From the NCBI GenBank assembly GCA_964447765.1, contig CAYUTO010000001.1, positions 28,110-92,109 of the forward strand: a DNA stretch of 64,000 bases. Direction: 5' to 3'. Below are positions 49,871 through 60,100 of the stretch, one piece after another (the first letter of the stretch is position 1; each line of letters begins with the position of its first letter). The notes beneath the pieces were generated by a model. The model did not search any database, had not been told where the DNA came from, and saw only the letters and a list, made by a program, of their open reading frames with translations. Source of the stretch: an uncultured Gammaproteobacteria bacterium. GTDB taxonomy: Bacteria > Patescibacteriota > Patescibacteriia > Magasanikbacterales > UBA922. The position numbers and the translations under genes are program-made.

Positions 49871-51898
49871 TTATTTACCCGTGTAATTTCCCCACCAACG
49901 ATAGAAATCAGCTGCCACATGTGAAGCGGTTCTACTTCCTTCCCCACCTTCTTCGAGCATAATAGTCACTACAATCTGAGGGTTATTAAAAGGTGCGAAT
50001 GAGGTGAACCATGCATGAGTGTCTTTTTCCGCATTCCATTGTGCTGTTCCTGTTTTTCCTGCAACTGAAAATGGAAGTGAGCGAAGTACTCCGCAAGGTC
50101 CGGTATCAATACAATCTTTCATACCAAGTTGTACGGTTTCCAGGTGTGATCTATTAATAATGTTCGTACTTATTTTTTCTCCGCTTATTATTTTTTCTTC
50201 TTTTGTGACAGGGTCAATAATTGCACGTACGATGCGTGGGGCGTAGAGTGTGCCTTTATTCGCAATAACCGAAGTCATGGATGCAATTTGCAATGGAGTG
50301 GTGAGAAAATCTCCTTGTCCAATCGAATAATTGTAGGTATCTCCTACATACCACTGTTCACCTTTTACTCGCTTCTTCCATTCAGGACTTGGTAAGAATC
50401 CTTCATATTCTCCGGGAATGTCTACTCCTAATTTTTCACCAAAACCATATTTTTTGAGATATTGATTGATGCGCTCCACGCCTAATCCTTTGAAATCTTC
50501 ATGTCCGCCTCCGATATAGTAATAGAATGTGTTTACTGACCAGGAGATTGATTTGCGCACATCAGTAAGTCCGTGTGCTACTCGACTCCAGTCGGGAAAA
50601 AACCAAGGACCCACCTGAATTCCTCCTGTACTTAATATTTTTGTCTTTGCTGTAATAACACCCTCCTCTAGTGCTGCCGATGCCATAGCGGGCTTAATTA
50701 CTGATCCAGAGGGGTACGTGCCACTGATTGCTCGATTAAATAGTGGATTATCAGGATTATCTAAATATTTTTGGTATGTTTCTTTATCAATTCCTCCTGA
50801 AAAATCATTATTGTCAAACCCTGGAATACTTACGAGAGCTAAAATTTCTCCATTTTGAGGATTCATTACAATTCCAGACGCACGCACTTTTCCATTTTTC
50901 AAAAGCCAATCATTCAGTAGACGCTCCATCTCTTTTTGCATTTTGTAATCAATAGACAATTTGAGATGGCTGCCAGGAGTTGGATTCACTGTCGCAATAA
51001 CTGATTGCTCGGCTCCGCGAGAGTTTACTTCAATTCTTTTCTCTCCATATATGCCTCGCATATATGCTTCGTACGATTGTTCTACTCCGACTTTTCCAAT
51101 TGAGTCAGAAGGTAAATATCCTTTTTCATAATATTCTTCAAGTTCATTGGGTGATAATTTTCCAATATAACCAAGAATATGCGATACTGAATTTGCACTT
51201 GTGGTTGCTGTATGTACTTCTTCTAGTAATGATGTCGAGTCATTCGTTGCTTTTTCTTCAGGATTTTTGGTGAGGTACAATCGTTTACTCCCACGCTGGA
51301 TAGTGATTCCTGGTAATTGATCGGAAATAATCAAAATTTTTAGAGCCTGATCATAAGGAATGTCTTCAATAATGACGATTGATTCGTGTCGATATTCCCG
51401 ATATTTTTCAAGCATTTCTTGGATTTCTTCTGTGGCAGTTCCTGTTATCTCTGAAAGTTTATTGATAACCTCGGTAATCCCCCGTTCATCACGGAGTAAG
51501 TCCTGGGGAATTATTGCAAGAGAAAAATTGGGAATATTTTGGGTAAGTTGTATATTATTTCGATCATAAATCAATCCACGTTCCGCGGGTACTGCAATTG
51601 CACGTTGTCTATTACCTTCGGCTTTGACCGCAAACTCCTCTCCTTCAAGAATTTGGATATATACTAGGCGCATTGCTATTGTCAGTAGTATGGTTGTTAT
51701 TACAACCAAAAAAGAAAACATTTTTCGATCAGAAAAACTGGTACCAATATGTGAGGTGCCTGAATATATAATATCCTCACTTTGAGTGATACTTTTGGGA
51801 GTAAAGGAATCTTCGATCCATGCAAAGCGATATTTGCCTTTCATTTTCCCTTTTTCCAATCCTACCCCTGGTAATTTTACAAATGGATCTAGGTCCAT
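49871..51898 (-). CDS. mrdA: Penicillin-binding protein 2
   Basis: SVIK, SVN and KTGT transpeptidase motifs; follows mreBCD. Confidence 0.93.
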   Translation of the reverse strand: MDLDPFVKLPGVGLEKGKMKGKYRFAWIEDSFTPKSITQSEDIIYSGTSHIGTSFSDRKMFSFLVVITTILLTIAMRLVYIQILEGEEFAVKAEGNRQRAIAVPAERGLIYDRNNIQLTQNIPNFSLAIIPQDLLRDERGITEVINKLSEITGTATEEIQEMLEKYREYRHESIVIIEDIPYDQALKILIISDQLPGITIQRGSKRLYLTKNPEEKATNDSTSLLEEVHTATTSANSVSHILGYIGKLSPNELEEYYEKGYLPSDSIGKVGVEQSYEAYMRGIYGEKRIEVNSRGAEQSVIATVNPTPGSHLKLSIDYKMQKEMERLLNDWLLKNGKVRASGIVMNPQNGEILALVSIPGFDNNDFSGGIDKETYQKYLDNPDNPLFNRAISGTYPSGSVIKPAMASAALEEGVITAKTKILSTGGIQVGPWFFPDWSRVAHGLTDVRKSISWSVNTFYYYIGGGHEDFKGLGVERINQYLKKYGFGEKLGVDIPGEYEGFLPSPEWKKRVKGEQWYVGDTYNYSIGQGDFLTTPLQIASMTSVIANKGTLYAPRIVRAIIDPVTKEEKIISGEKISTNIINRSHLETVQLGMKDCIDTGPCGVLRSLPFSVAGKTGTAQWNAEKDTHAWFTSFAPFNNPQIVVTIMLEEGGEGSRTASHVAADFYRWWGNYTGK

Positions 51899-51907
51899 GA
51901 TGGTAAT

Positions 51908-52459
51908 TTAGGAATATTTAATTTTCTCTCTTGTAAACATATTACCTATTTTAATAAATACTGCATAGAGCGGGATAGAAATAAGTGCTGTACACAGCAT
52001 TTCCATACCAAATTGTTTTATGAGCCCGGTTGAAAATAAAAAACCATTTTCGAGTATCATACCGGAAAATAACACCCCTGCACTGTAGAGCACTCTAAAT
52101 ACAAACATACCAAACAAAGTAAGAATGCCTGCTATCCAGATTGAAAGATTGGTAAAAACACTCTCAAAAAACCAATATATTCCAAGGATCGTGAATACTC
52201 CTGCAAAAAGCTCGATTCCAAATTGTTGTGAAGTGAACATATCCTCTATTAGGTATACACCAAACGCAAACCACACCACTCCACCTCTGGCTCCACGCAT
52301 AATCGCGATGACAAAAAAAAGCATCAAGATGTCTATATACATGAATACATTTGGCAACAGATTGTTCAACATCAGTTTTGAAAATGCAAGACCAAGAATT
52401 CCTGTAGTATACAATACTGCCGGAATTACTTTTTTAAGTATTTTATTACTCGGTAACAT
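51908..52459 (-). CDS. mreD: MreD-like membrane protein
   Basis: Multi-TM; lies between mreC and mrdA. Confidence 0.65.
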   Translation of the reverse strand: MLPSNKILKKVIPAVLYTTGILGLAFSKLMLNNLLPNVFMYIDILMLFFVIAIMRGARGGVVWFAFGVYLIEDMFTSQQFGIELFAGVFTILGIYWFFESVFTNLSIWIAGILTLFGMFVFRVLYSAGVLFSGMILENGFLFSTGLIKQFGMEMLCTALISIPLYAVFIKIGNMFTREKIKYS

Positions 52460-53249
52460 AGGTTGAGGTTGTAATCACTACTGATACCATCGTGAGATAT
52501 GATAAATCAGCAAGTGGATCAAGAATTGCTTGCTGGAATGGTTCGAGTGGCTGCTTTTCTACAAACTCTACTCTACCAATCGTAAATCCGCGAGGCATGT
52601 TCTCGGTGAGTCCTGAGGTCACTACAATATCCCCTGGAGAAACCACTTCATTTTGTGGGATAAAATTCATTTGCACTCCGATATCGTACCCTCCTTCAAC
52701 TAATCCGATTGTATGATCTTTGTTTAGTAGTGTCGCTCCCACTCTACTTTGATTATCATTGATAAGTCGAACGTATGAAATATGGTCGAATGTTTCTATG
52801 ACTGTTCCTACGAGTACTCCCTCCCCCACAATTACAGGGTTTGTAGAGATGACTCCATCTTTTTTACCACGATTGATCGTAACGACCGTACTTAGTGGAT
52901 CCACGGTTCTTCCAATCACTTCTGCTCCTAGGTGAACTAGATTATTTTTAGAAAAAAAATTCATTTGTTTTCGAAGCTCCTCATTTTCTTCTTTGATCAG
53001 TACGTTTTCCGCTGTTTCGATATTACATACAGCCTGAATCAATTCAGGATCAAACGTTTCGTCCAAACGTTGATTGACTGAGTTTGCGCCATTATTTCCC
53101 ACTTCATTTTCGTAAGCAAACTGTGTTCCATTAAAAAACACATTAACAATTAGGTTTTCAATAGGTCGAAGAGCTCCTACGAGTTGTAATACAACAACAA
53201 TCACAATCACAATACCAATCCCGATCATTGTCTGGTGTCTACGTTTCAT
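52446..53249 (-). CDS. mreC: Rod shape protein MreC
   Basis: ENEELR, INRGKKDG, GDIVVTSGL. Confidence 0.92.
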   Translation of the reverse strand: MKRRHQTMIGIGIVIVIVVVLQLVGALRPIENLIVNVFFNGTQFAYENEVGNNGANSVNQRLDETFDPELIQAVCNIETAENVLIKEENEELRKQMNFFSKNNLVHLGAEVIGRTVDPLSTVVTINRGKKDGVISTNPVIVGEGVLVGTVIETFDHISYVRLINDNQSRVGATLLNKDHTIGLVEGGYDIGVQMNFIPQNEVVSPGDIVVTSGLTENMPRGFTIGRVEFVEKQPLEPFQQAILDPLADLSYLTMVSVVITTSTYVTE

Positions 53250-53260
53250 AATAGCCTATA

Positions 53261-54304
53261 TTAAACTGCGCGCGCCGAAGGAAGGACTACTTGCTTCAAT
53301 AGTTCATCATCTTCAAGTAGTACTCCTGCTCCGCGTACGACTGAGGTTAGTGGATCGTCAGCTACTCGTACGGGAATTTCAGCAGCACGACCGATAACTA
53401 CATCGAGTCCTTCGAGTAGCGCGCCTCCTCCGACGAGGAGAATTCCACGTTCATGAATGTCTGCGGTAAGTTCGGGAGGAGTTACTTCCAGAGTCATTTT
53501 GATATGATCAACAATTGTTTTTACACTTCGACTCAGTGCTTGGCGAATATGCTCGTCTGAAATCATGATTTCTTTTGGTAATCCGGTGACTGAATCACGT
53601 CCACGCATCGGAAATTCTACTCGCTCTTTTCGTGGTAGTGCTGATCCTGCTTTTATTTTTATTTCTTCTGCATGTGCTTCTCCTACGAGAAGTTTGAATA
53701 CTTCACGCGCGTATTGAATGATATTTTTGTTCATTTCGTCCCCTGCAATTTTGGTAGATTTCCAGGTAACTACTCCGCTGAGAGAAATTACGGCGATTTC
53801 GGTGTTCCCTCCACCAATGTCTACTATCATATTTCCTACCGGTTCACGGACAGGCATACGTGAGCCAATCGCTGCAGCCATAGGTTCTTGTACAATAAAC
53901 ACTTCTTTTGCTCCTGCGGCGAGAGTGGCATCTTCCACTGCTTTGATTTCCACTTCAGTCACATCGAGTGGGACTGCAATTACTACTCGTGGACGTGTGG
54001 CAAATGAAAAAGCAGATTTAGTGACTTTTTCAATAAAAAATTTAAGCATTTTTTCAGTCACTTCGTAATCAGAAATAACTCCTCCGCTCAACGGCCGAGT
54101 AACTTCAATATGCGGCGGAGTTTTGCCGAGCATTTCTTTTGCTTCGTGTCCTACGGCTAGAATTTGTTCAGTCTTCGTGTTTATCGCCACTACCGAAGGT
54201 TCGTTTATGACGATACCATGTTCGGGGCTGTAGACGAGTGTATTTGCTGTTCCAAGATCTATCGCAAGACTACGGCTCTTTGTTTGAAACCATGAGAATT
54301 TCAT
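53261..54304 (-). CDS. mreB: Rod shape protein MreB
   Basis: DLGTANT, EPMAAAIG, DIGGG, GGGALL. Confidence 0.95.
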   Translation of the reverse strand: MKFSWFQTKSRSLAIDLGTANTLVYSPEHGIVINEPSVVAINTKTEQILAVGHEAKEMLGKTPPHIEVTRPLSGGVISDYEVTEKMLKFFIEKVTKSAFSFATRPRVVIAVPLDVTEVEIKAVEDATLAAGAKEVFIVQEPMAAAIGSRMPVREPVGNMIVDIGGGNTEIAVISLSGVVTWKSTKIAGDEMNKNIIQYAREVFKLLVGEAHAEEIKIKAGSALPRKERVEFPMRGRDSVTGLPKEIMISDEHIRQALSRSVKTIVDHIKMTLEVTPPELTADIHERGILLVGGGALLEGLDVVIGRAAEIPVRVADDPLTSVVRGAGVLLEDDELLKQVVLPSARAV

Positions 54305-54315
54305 ATCGCTCTCGT

Positions 54316-55560
54316 TTACTTTGAGACAAGTTCATCAATCGTGAGTAAGGTTGCATCAGTCTCGCCTCTTTTTTTGTATTCAACACTCTTGTTTGCAAGT
54401 GTTTTTGGACTCACTACGATGCGTACTGGAATTCCAATCAGATCACTATCTGCAAATTTTTCTCCTGCACGAGCTTCTCGATCATCATAGAGCACTTCGA
54501 TACCTTTTTTCTGTAATGTTTCGTATATTTCATTACACGTTCTAACATCCTCAGATTCGCGGCAGAGTGAAACAAGATGAATCTGGTAGGGTGCTATTGA
54601 TTCTGGCCATACTAGTCCTTTATCATCTGCAAAAACTTCTGCTACTACGCCCATCAAACGTGTGATACCAATTCCATAGGAGCCTAGAAACACTGGTTTT
54701 CTGTTTCCTTCTGCATCATTGAAATAGAGATCTAGTTGCTCACACTTCTTGGTCCCAAAGGTAAATATATTTCCCACTTCAGCAGCTTTCTTTGATTCAA
54801 AATCTAATTTTGAAAGATTAAGCTCTTGCAAAGTCTTTTCATTAAAAATTTCTTCATTCAGTACTGTCTTTCCATCTTTATGTACGTAGATTATATCTTC
54901 ACCTGCGTCACATATGGTTTGGAATTCGTGACTGAATTTGTCTGTAAATACTCCGCCTGCTGCTGAGGTTACATGAGTGATTTCAGCTAACCCTACTCTT
55001 TTGAAGACTTCCAGATATGCATCTATTGTTTTGTTATAAAATACCATATGTTCTTCCTCAGACACACAGAAAGAATACATATCTTTCATCACAAATTCTC
55101 GACAACGCATAATACCGCTTTTTGCACGGGTTTCATTTCTCAATTTATTTTGAAATTGATGAACGTACCGAGGTACATCTGTATAGCTTGTGATATATGA
55201 CTTCATCATTGCAGTAATTGGCTCTTCATGTGACCAGCCAAATCCAATTTCATTTCCATTTTTTAAAGCTGATTTAAACCAGATATCAACTTTTGTATCA
55301 TCCCATCGATCGGTTTTTTCCCATGTTTCTTTGTTTTGCAGAGTCGACATGATTATCTCGGTTGAGCCGAGTTTTTCCATTTCTTCTGAAACAATTTTTT
55401 TAATCTTATTAATTACTTTTAGCCCAAGTGGTAAAAGCGAATATACTCCAGCCATTTCCTTATGAATAAAACCTGCACGAATCAATAATTGTGCGTTTTT
55501 TGATACCTCTTCTGCTGGAGCTTCTTTTCTTGTTTTCGTAAATAATTGTGATTGTCTCAT
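54316..55560 (-). CDS. proS: Proline--tRNA ligase (short form, no editing insertion)
   Basis: LLIRAGF, RCREFVMKDMYSF, GSYGIG, DLIGIP. Confidence 0.93.
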   Translation of the reverse strand: MRQSQLFTKTRKEAPAEEVSKNAQLLIRAGFIHKEMAGVYSLLPLGLKVINKIKKIVSEEMEKLGSTEIIMSTLQNKETWEKTDRWDDTKVDIWFKSALKNGNEIGFGWSHEEPITAMMKSYITSYTDVPRYVHQFQNKLRNETRAKSGIMRCREFVMKDMYSFCVSEEEHMVFYNKTIDAYLEVFKRVGLAEITHVTSAAGGVFTDKFSHEFQTICDAGEDIIYVHKDGKTVLNEEIFNEKTLQELNLSKLDFESKKAAEVGNIFTFGTKKCEQLDLYFNDAEGNRKPVFLGSYGIGITRLMGVVAEVFADDKGLVWPESIAPYQIHLVSLCRESEDVRTCNEIYETLQKKGIEVLYDDREARAGEKFADSDLIGIPVRIVVSPKTLANKSVEYKKRGETDATLLTIDELVSK

Positions 55561-55565
55561 AAAGA

Positions 55566-55970
55566 TTAGTGTTGGGTGAGATGTTTTTTGGTAAAATTGG
55601 TAAGTGACAGGTCAAAGGATACGATTACGATACAAATGGTACCGAATACAAGTGTGTTGAATAGGCTAAGAACTGAAAGTGACTGTAGGTAGAGTCCGAC
55701 AAGCGCCAGTACACTCAAGACGACGGCAGTTCTAAAGCTCATGCGTACATGTCGAAATAGCGGCATTTCCTGTCCACCGAAGAGTCGGTAAATGCCGAAA
55801 ACAACCAGCGAAATAGTACCAATAAGTGCGAATAATAGACTAATATAAAAAAAGACAAAGCCTATAGTGCCTGTCTCAAATGGATCGATATTAATAATAA
55901 CAAAAATCCATGCTGCCCAGCAGAGTATCGTCGAAAAAATCATGGTTGCGAGGTATTGTCGTAGGTTCAT
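55566..55970 (-). CDS. Hypothetical 4-TM membrane protein
   Basis: Hydrophobicity pattern; 5 nt from proS. Confidence 0.7.
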   Translation of the reverse strand: MNLRQYLATMIFSTILCWAAWIFVIINIDPFETGTIGFVFFYISLLFALIGTISLVVFGIYRLFGGQEMPLFRHVRMSFRTAVVLSVLALVGLYLQSLSVLSLFNTLVFGTICIVIVSFDLSLTNFTKKHLTQH

Positions 55971-56063
55971 ATACGTTTAGGTGAACACTCCATAGGTTAC
56001 CACAACTTTTTTCACTATGCAACAGCCTGAATTACCAAAATTTTTGCTTAGATTAGCTAAATT

Positions 56064-56753
56064 TTAGTTTATATAATAGTAGATGAGAGCAAGGATTGCG
56101 AGGTGTATTGGGTAGTAGAGGTAGAAAAGGTGTTTAAATGAGCGTCCCCTATCTCCTTGATACAGTGAAATCGGTATTAAGGCTAGGATTGAAAATAGTT
56201 GTTGCGTTCCTCTATAGACGATTTGCCCATTCTCTGGGGCTGGTGCTAATAGCGTGTAAAGAAATACATATCCCAGAGTCGCGATTGTATAGAGTACGAT
56301 TCTTTTTGAGGTATTTTCAAATGTTGTGTGAAAAATAAGTACGAGCGCAACTCCATACCATCCATAACTCACATCAATTATTGTTGCGAAGCAGATAAGT
56401 GCAACTAGTGCTGCGTTGCGAATAAATTTGTTTTTTATTTTTTCGTAAACAATAATTGCAGAGAGTCCTAAGAGAAGGGTAAATAAAATATTTAATTCAT
56501 ATGGTGATCGCCCAATCTGTATAAATGCCCATGCGTAAGGAATTTGTGAAATAATTCCAACTATCGCCAGTCGTGTACCGTATTTTCTAATATTTTTTGA
56601 TTTTCTATACCCATTTGCGACTCCCCATGCAAATATAGGAAACGCAATTCTACCTACCGCTGTCATCCAGTCGGTATCAGGAAAGAAAAAACGACCGATG
56701 TGATCGACCGTCATGGTTATCAGTGCAATAATTTTTAAAGCAAAAAGCGTCAT
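56064..56753 (-). CDS. traX: TraX-family membrane acyltransferase
   Basis: LKIIALITMTVDH, GRIAFPIF, FYLYYPIHL. Confidence 0.85.
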   Translation of the reverse strand: MTLFALKIIALITMTVDHIGRFFFPDTDWMTAVGRIAFPIFAWGVANGYRKSKNIRKYGTRLAIVGIISQIPYAWAFIQIGRSPYELNILFTLLLGLSAIIVYEKIKNKFIRNAALVALICFATIIDVSYGWYGVALVLIFHTTFENTSKRIVLYTIATLGYVFLYTLLAPAPENGQIVYRGTQQLFSILALIPISLYQGDRGRSFKHLFYLYYPIHLAILALIYYYIN

Positions 56754-56761
56754 AACTTGTC

Positions 56762-57061
56762 TTAGGCAAGATATCGCACTCGATCTACTTCTGATTTTCC
56801 TATTTTTTCATTTATTTTGGTGACGATTTCCAGCTGATGTAGGCGTATCTCCTGGGCCACTGTCGATGTCCCGCAGCTCACGGTAAGAGTTCGATTTTTG
56901 AGAAACAAGGGTCGTACATGAGCACCAATTTCTGCTCCAAGTAGACTTTCGATAACTTCTTTTGCCACTTCTACCACATTCGACGTTTCTATTTGACGCT
57001 TAAGCGTACTGTTTCCAGTTAATTTAGAAAGTATTGTATCGCCTAATGGGGTGAATGGCAT
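56762..57061 (-). CDS. DUF721/DciA-family protein
   Basis: KNRTLTV...AQEIRL...INEKIG pattern, 99 aa. Confidence 0.75.
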   Translation of the reverse strand: MPFTPLGDTILSKLTGNSTLKRQIETSNVVEVAKEVIESLLGAEIGAHVRPLFLKNRTLTVSCGTSTVAQEIRLHQLEIVTKINEKIGKSEVDRVRYLA

Positions 57062-57142
57062 AAGGGTTTAGTTAGTGACACTGTAACACTAATGAAGTAA
57101 AAAGGCAAAAGTAAAAAGTTAAAAGAATTGAGCTTCGGTATT

Positions 57143-60085
57143 TTACTGTCTAAATTCACAGATGTTTTTAAACTCGCAATATTTACATACAAACTGACTT
57201 GGTGTTGCTATGAACTTTCCTTCTCGGATTTTTTCGATGGTCGTCTCTAACTTTTCTTTGAGTTTTTCAACATCTTTTTCTGCAGCAACAAACGATGTTT
57301 TCATTCCATCATTTACGTAGTAGAACGTGAGCTTGCCTACCGGACCAATATGTCGATATTCGGGCAATGTTTCTGCGGCAATGTGGTAGAGTAATAATTG
57401 TTGCTTGTCATCAGTATCCAATTTTTCTTTGGAATTTCCGGTTTTATAATCAATAATTTCAAGTGATCCATCTGCTTGCTTATCAATTCGATCGATGCGA
57501 CCATTGATGATGTATTCCCCCACCTTTACTTTGAACCAGCCTTCGAGTGCTACAGGAATAGTCCACTGCCCTTCTTGTGTGGTGTAGAAGACTTTTAAAA
57601 TTTCTTTACCTTTTTCATAATAAGTTTCTCGCTGTTGTTTGTCCTGGTACCAATCACTAATCCATGATTCATCATACATTTTGTAGAGTTCTTCAAGGGT
57701 TGGAACTTTGATTTCGTTGGCACTTTTTTTAGTTGAAGGTGCGGCGATATCGAATAAAGACACTTGTGTAATTTGGTTTAATTCTTGTACGCGAATATAG
57801 AATTTTTGCATGGTCGCATGGACGGTGTTTCCAAAACTAAAGCTTGCCGTACCCTTTGACTGAATTTTTAGAACATGCGCGAGTTTATATTGATATGGGC
57901 ACTTAAGAAAACTAATGATTTGTGAATGGGAGAATTTTTTTGGTATTTCGTATACTACCTCTGCATTTTTGGGTTGAGGTGTTTTTTTGTATGTAGTCAA
58001 ATCAGCACTGCCCTCTACACTTGCATGAGCTCCTACAAAACCGATTTCATCGAGGAATCTACTTATTTTTTTCTTCCGTTTCCGATCTTCTCCATAATAA
58101 TCAGCACTTGAAAAATATAATTGTTCTTTTGCACGCGTAACCCCTACGTAGAATAATCTCCGTTCTTCCTCAATATGAAAATCTGCATTATCAGACAAAT
58201 GTTCATGGATGAGTTCAGGTGGCAATTCGATTCCTGATGAACGTGCGCGTGTAGGAAAACGCTCTTCTACACAATTCACCATGAATACAAACTTATATTC
58301 AAGTCCTTTTGATGCATGAATGGTCATTACGTTCACTGACTCACTCGTCTCTCGTGGTTGAAATATTTTTCCTTGGTCACCTGATTCGAGCACAAAGTCG
58401 AAATGTTCTACAAACCCTAGCACATTTGCCCCTGGAGTTATCTCCTCGTAACCGCGGATCAGATCAAACACCTGTTTCAAATATTGAATTTGGCGAACAA
58501 CTTGTTTATTACCAACCCCCTCCTCATGAGTAAGATAAGTTAGATATCCAATGGTCTCTAAAAAATCATACAATACTGCTGTTGGTTTCTCGTGTTTTGC
58601 AGCTTCAATTCCCTTGTGTACACTTGATACCAATGCATCAAGATGTAGAATGCTTGCATCATTCACAAAAAATTCTTTTGCTCGACCGAGAGCTTCAGAG
58701 TAGCTGATTGATTTTCGTTTTGCCCCTGAAACTAGTTTTTGCACATCGTTTGGATCTACTGAAATACAAGGTAATCGCATGAGGCGATACCACGAATCAT
58801 TCTCGTATTGTCTTGCGATAATTCGAAGGAAAGCGAGCACATCGAGCACTATCGGTTGACGATAGAGTCCACCTGATGCGAGGAATTCGTATGGAACTCC
58901 ATAGGTTTCCAGCGCATTCAGAAATGGCTGTGCGTGTCCATTTGCTCGAACTAATATGGCAAAATCATCCCAGGTCGTTTCTTCTTGTTGTTTTTTTAGT
59001 TCTAGTATTTTTTTTATAACCGTAAACACTTCTGTATCTAACGTTTCGGTGTGGATATGCTCGATCACACATTTCTCGACTTTACCCTTCGCAACTAGTT
59101 TTTTATCAATCGATAATTTTGCTTCAAGACGATCTGGATTATTGTATATGATTGATTGGTACGCGAGGTCGAGAATTTCCTGTCCTGAGCGATAATTTTC
59201 AGTGAGCACGACTTCAGTTGCACTTGGAAAATCTTCTTTGAAACGCAAGATGATTGATACGTTTGATCCCCGGAACGAATAAATTGATTGATCATCATCC
59301 CCCACAACAGTGAGTTGCGATTTTTCAGCAAGCAGTCTGATTAATTCGTATTGTGCATAATTTACATCTTGGAATTCATCTACTAGTACGTGTGTAAATT
59401 GGGCTTGAATCGCTTTTAAAATATTCGGACGTTCTTTGAGAAGTTTTACTGAATAATAAATGAGGTCACCAAAATCGAGTGCATTATTTTCTAAAATCAA
59501 TTTATTGTAGGTATGGTATGCATTTGCAATTTCAATTAGACGATTTTTTTCAATCACCTCTGCGTCATCTTTATCAAGAATCAGCCCTTCGACATAATCA
59601 AGATAGTTTTGCGCTGAAATAAGCTCATCTTTTGCTTTGGAAAAATGATCAAGCAGTGTATGAATATTCGAATTCGGATTTCCAAGTGGTCGGTAATAGT
59701 CTAAATTAAAATCATAGATATGATCACGGACTAGGAGCCATGCGTCAGTATCAGTAATGAGTCGGAAACTTTTGGGTAACCCAATTTCAAAACCAAATTT
59801 TTCGAGTAATCGCTGACAGAACGTATGAAAGGTGGAAATCTGAAGTTCGGTATATCCGAGTTCGATTTCGGTGTCTACCCGTTCCTGCATCTCATTGGCT
59901 GCTTTTTCAGTAAACGTGAGTGCTAAAATATTTTCAGGTTGCGCAATACCTTTTTCTAGTAAATGTGAAATCTTTTTGGTAATAACGGTAGTTTTCCCAG
60001 TTCCTGCTCCAGCAACAATAAGCAAAGGACCGTCGACATACTCGACCGCCCTTTGCTGAGCTTCATTGAGACGACGCTCTCCCAT
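57143..60085 (-). CDS. UvrD/PcrA-family helicase fused to a PD-(D/E)XK nuclease (AdnB/AddAB-like)
   Basis: AGAGTGKT, DEFQD, EERRLFYV; C-terminal GRIDRID, IIDYKTG; Cys in CPYQY and CKYCEFKNIC. Confidence 0.9.
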   Translation of the reverse strand: MGERRLNEAQQRAVEYVDGPLLIVAGAGTGKTTVITKKISHLLEKGIAQPENILALTFTEKAANEMQERVDTEIELGYTELQISTFHTFCQRLLEKFGFEIGLPKSFRLITDTDAWLLVRDHIYDFNLDYYRPLGNPNSNIHTLLDHFSKAKDELISAQNYLDYVEGLILDKDDAEVIEKNRLIEIANAYHTYNKLILENNALDFGDLIYYSVKLLKERPNILKAIQAQFTHVLVDEFQDVNYAQYELIRLLAEKSQLTVVGDDDQSIYSFRGSNVSIILRFKEDFPSATEVVLTENYRSGQEILDLAYQSIIYNNPDRLEAKLSIDKKLVAKGKVEKCVIEHIHTETLDTEVFTVIKKILELKKQQEETTWDDFAILVRANGHAQPFLNALETYGVPYEFLASGGLYRQPIVLDVLAFLRIIARQYENDSWYRLMRLPCISVDPNDVQKLVSGAKRKSISYSEALGRAKEFFVNDASILHLDALVSSVHKGIEAAKHEKPTAVLYDFLETIGYLTYLTHEEGVGNKQVVRQIQYLKQVFDLIRGYEEITPGANVLGFVEHFDFVLESGDQGKIFQPRETSESVNVMTIHASKGLEYKFVFMVNCVEERFPTRARSSGIELPPELIHEHLSDNADFHIEEERRLFYVGVTRAKEQLYFSSADYYGEDRKRKKKISRFLDEIGFVGAHASVEGSADLTTYKKTPQPKNAEVVYEIPKKFSHSQIISFLKCPYQYKLAHVLKIQSKGTASFSFGNTVHATMQKFYIRVQELNQITQVSLFDIAAPSTKKSANEIKVPTLEELYKMYDESWISDWYQDKQQRETYYEKGKEILKVFYTTQEGQWTIPVALEGWFKVKVGEYIINGRIDRIDKQADGSLEIIDYKTGNSKEKLDTDDKQQLLLYHIAAETLPEYRHIGPVGKLTFYYVNDGMKTSFVAAEKDVEKLKEKLETTIEKIREGKFIATPSQFVCKYCEFKNICEFRQ

Positions 60086-60100
60086 ATCTGCGTGTCAATT

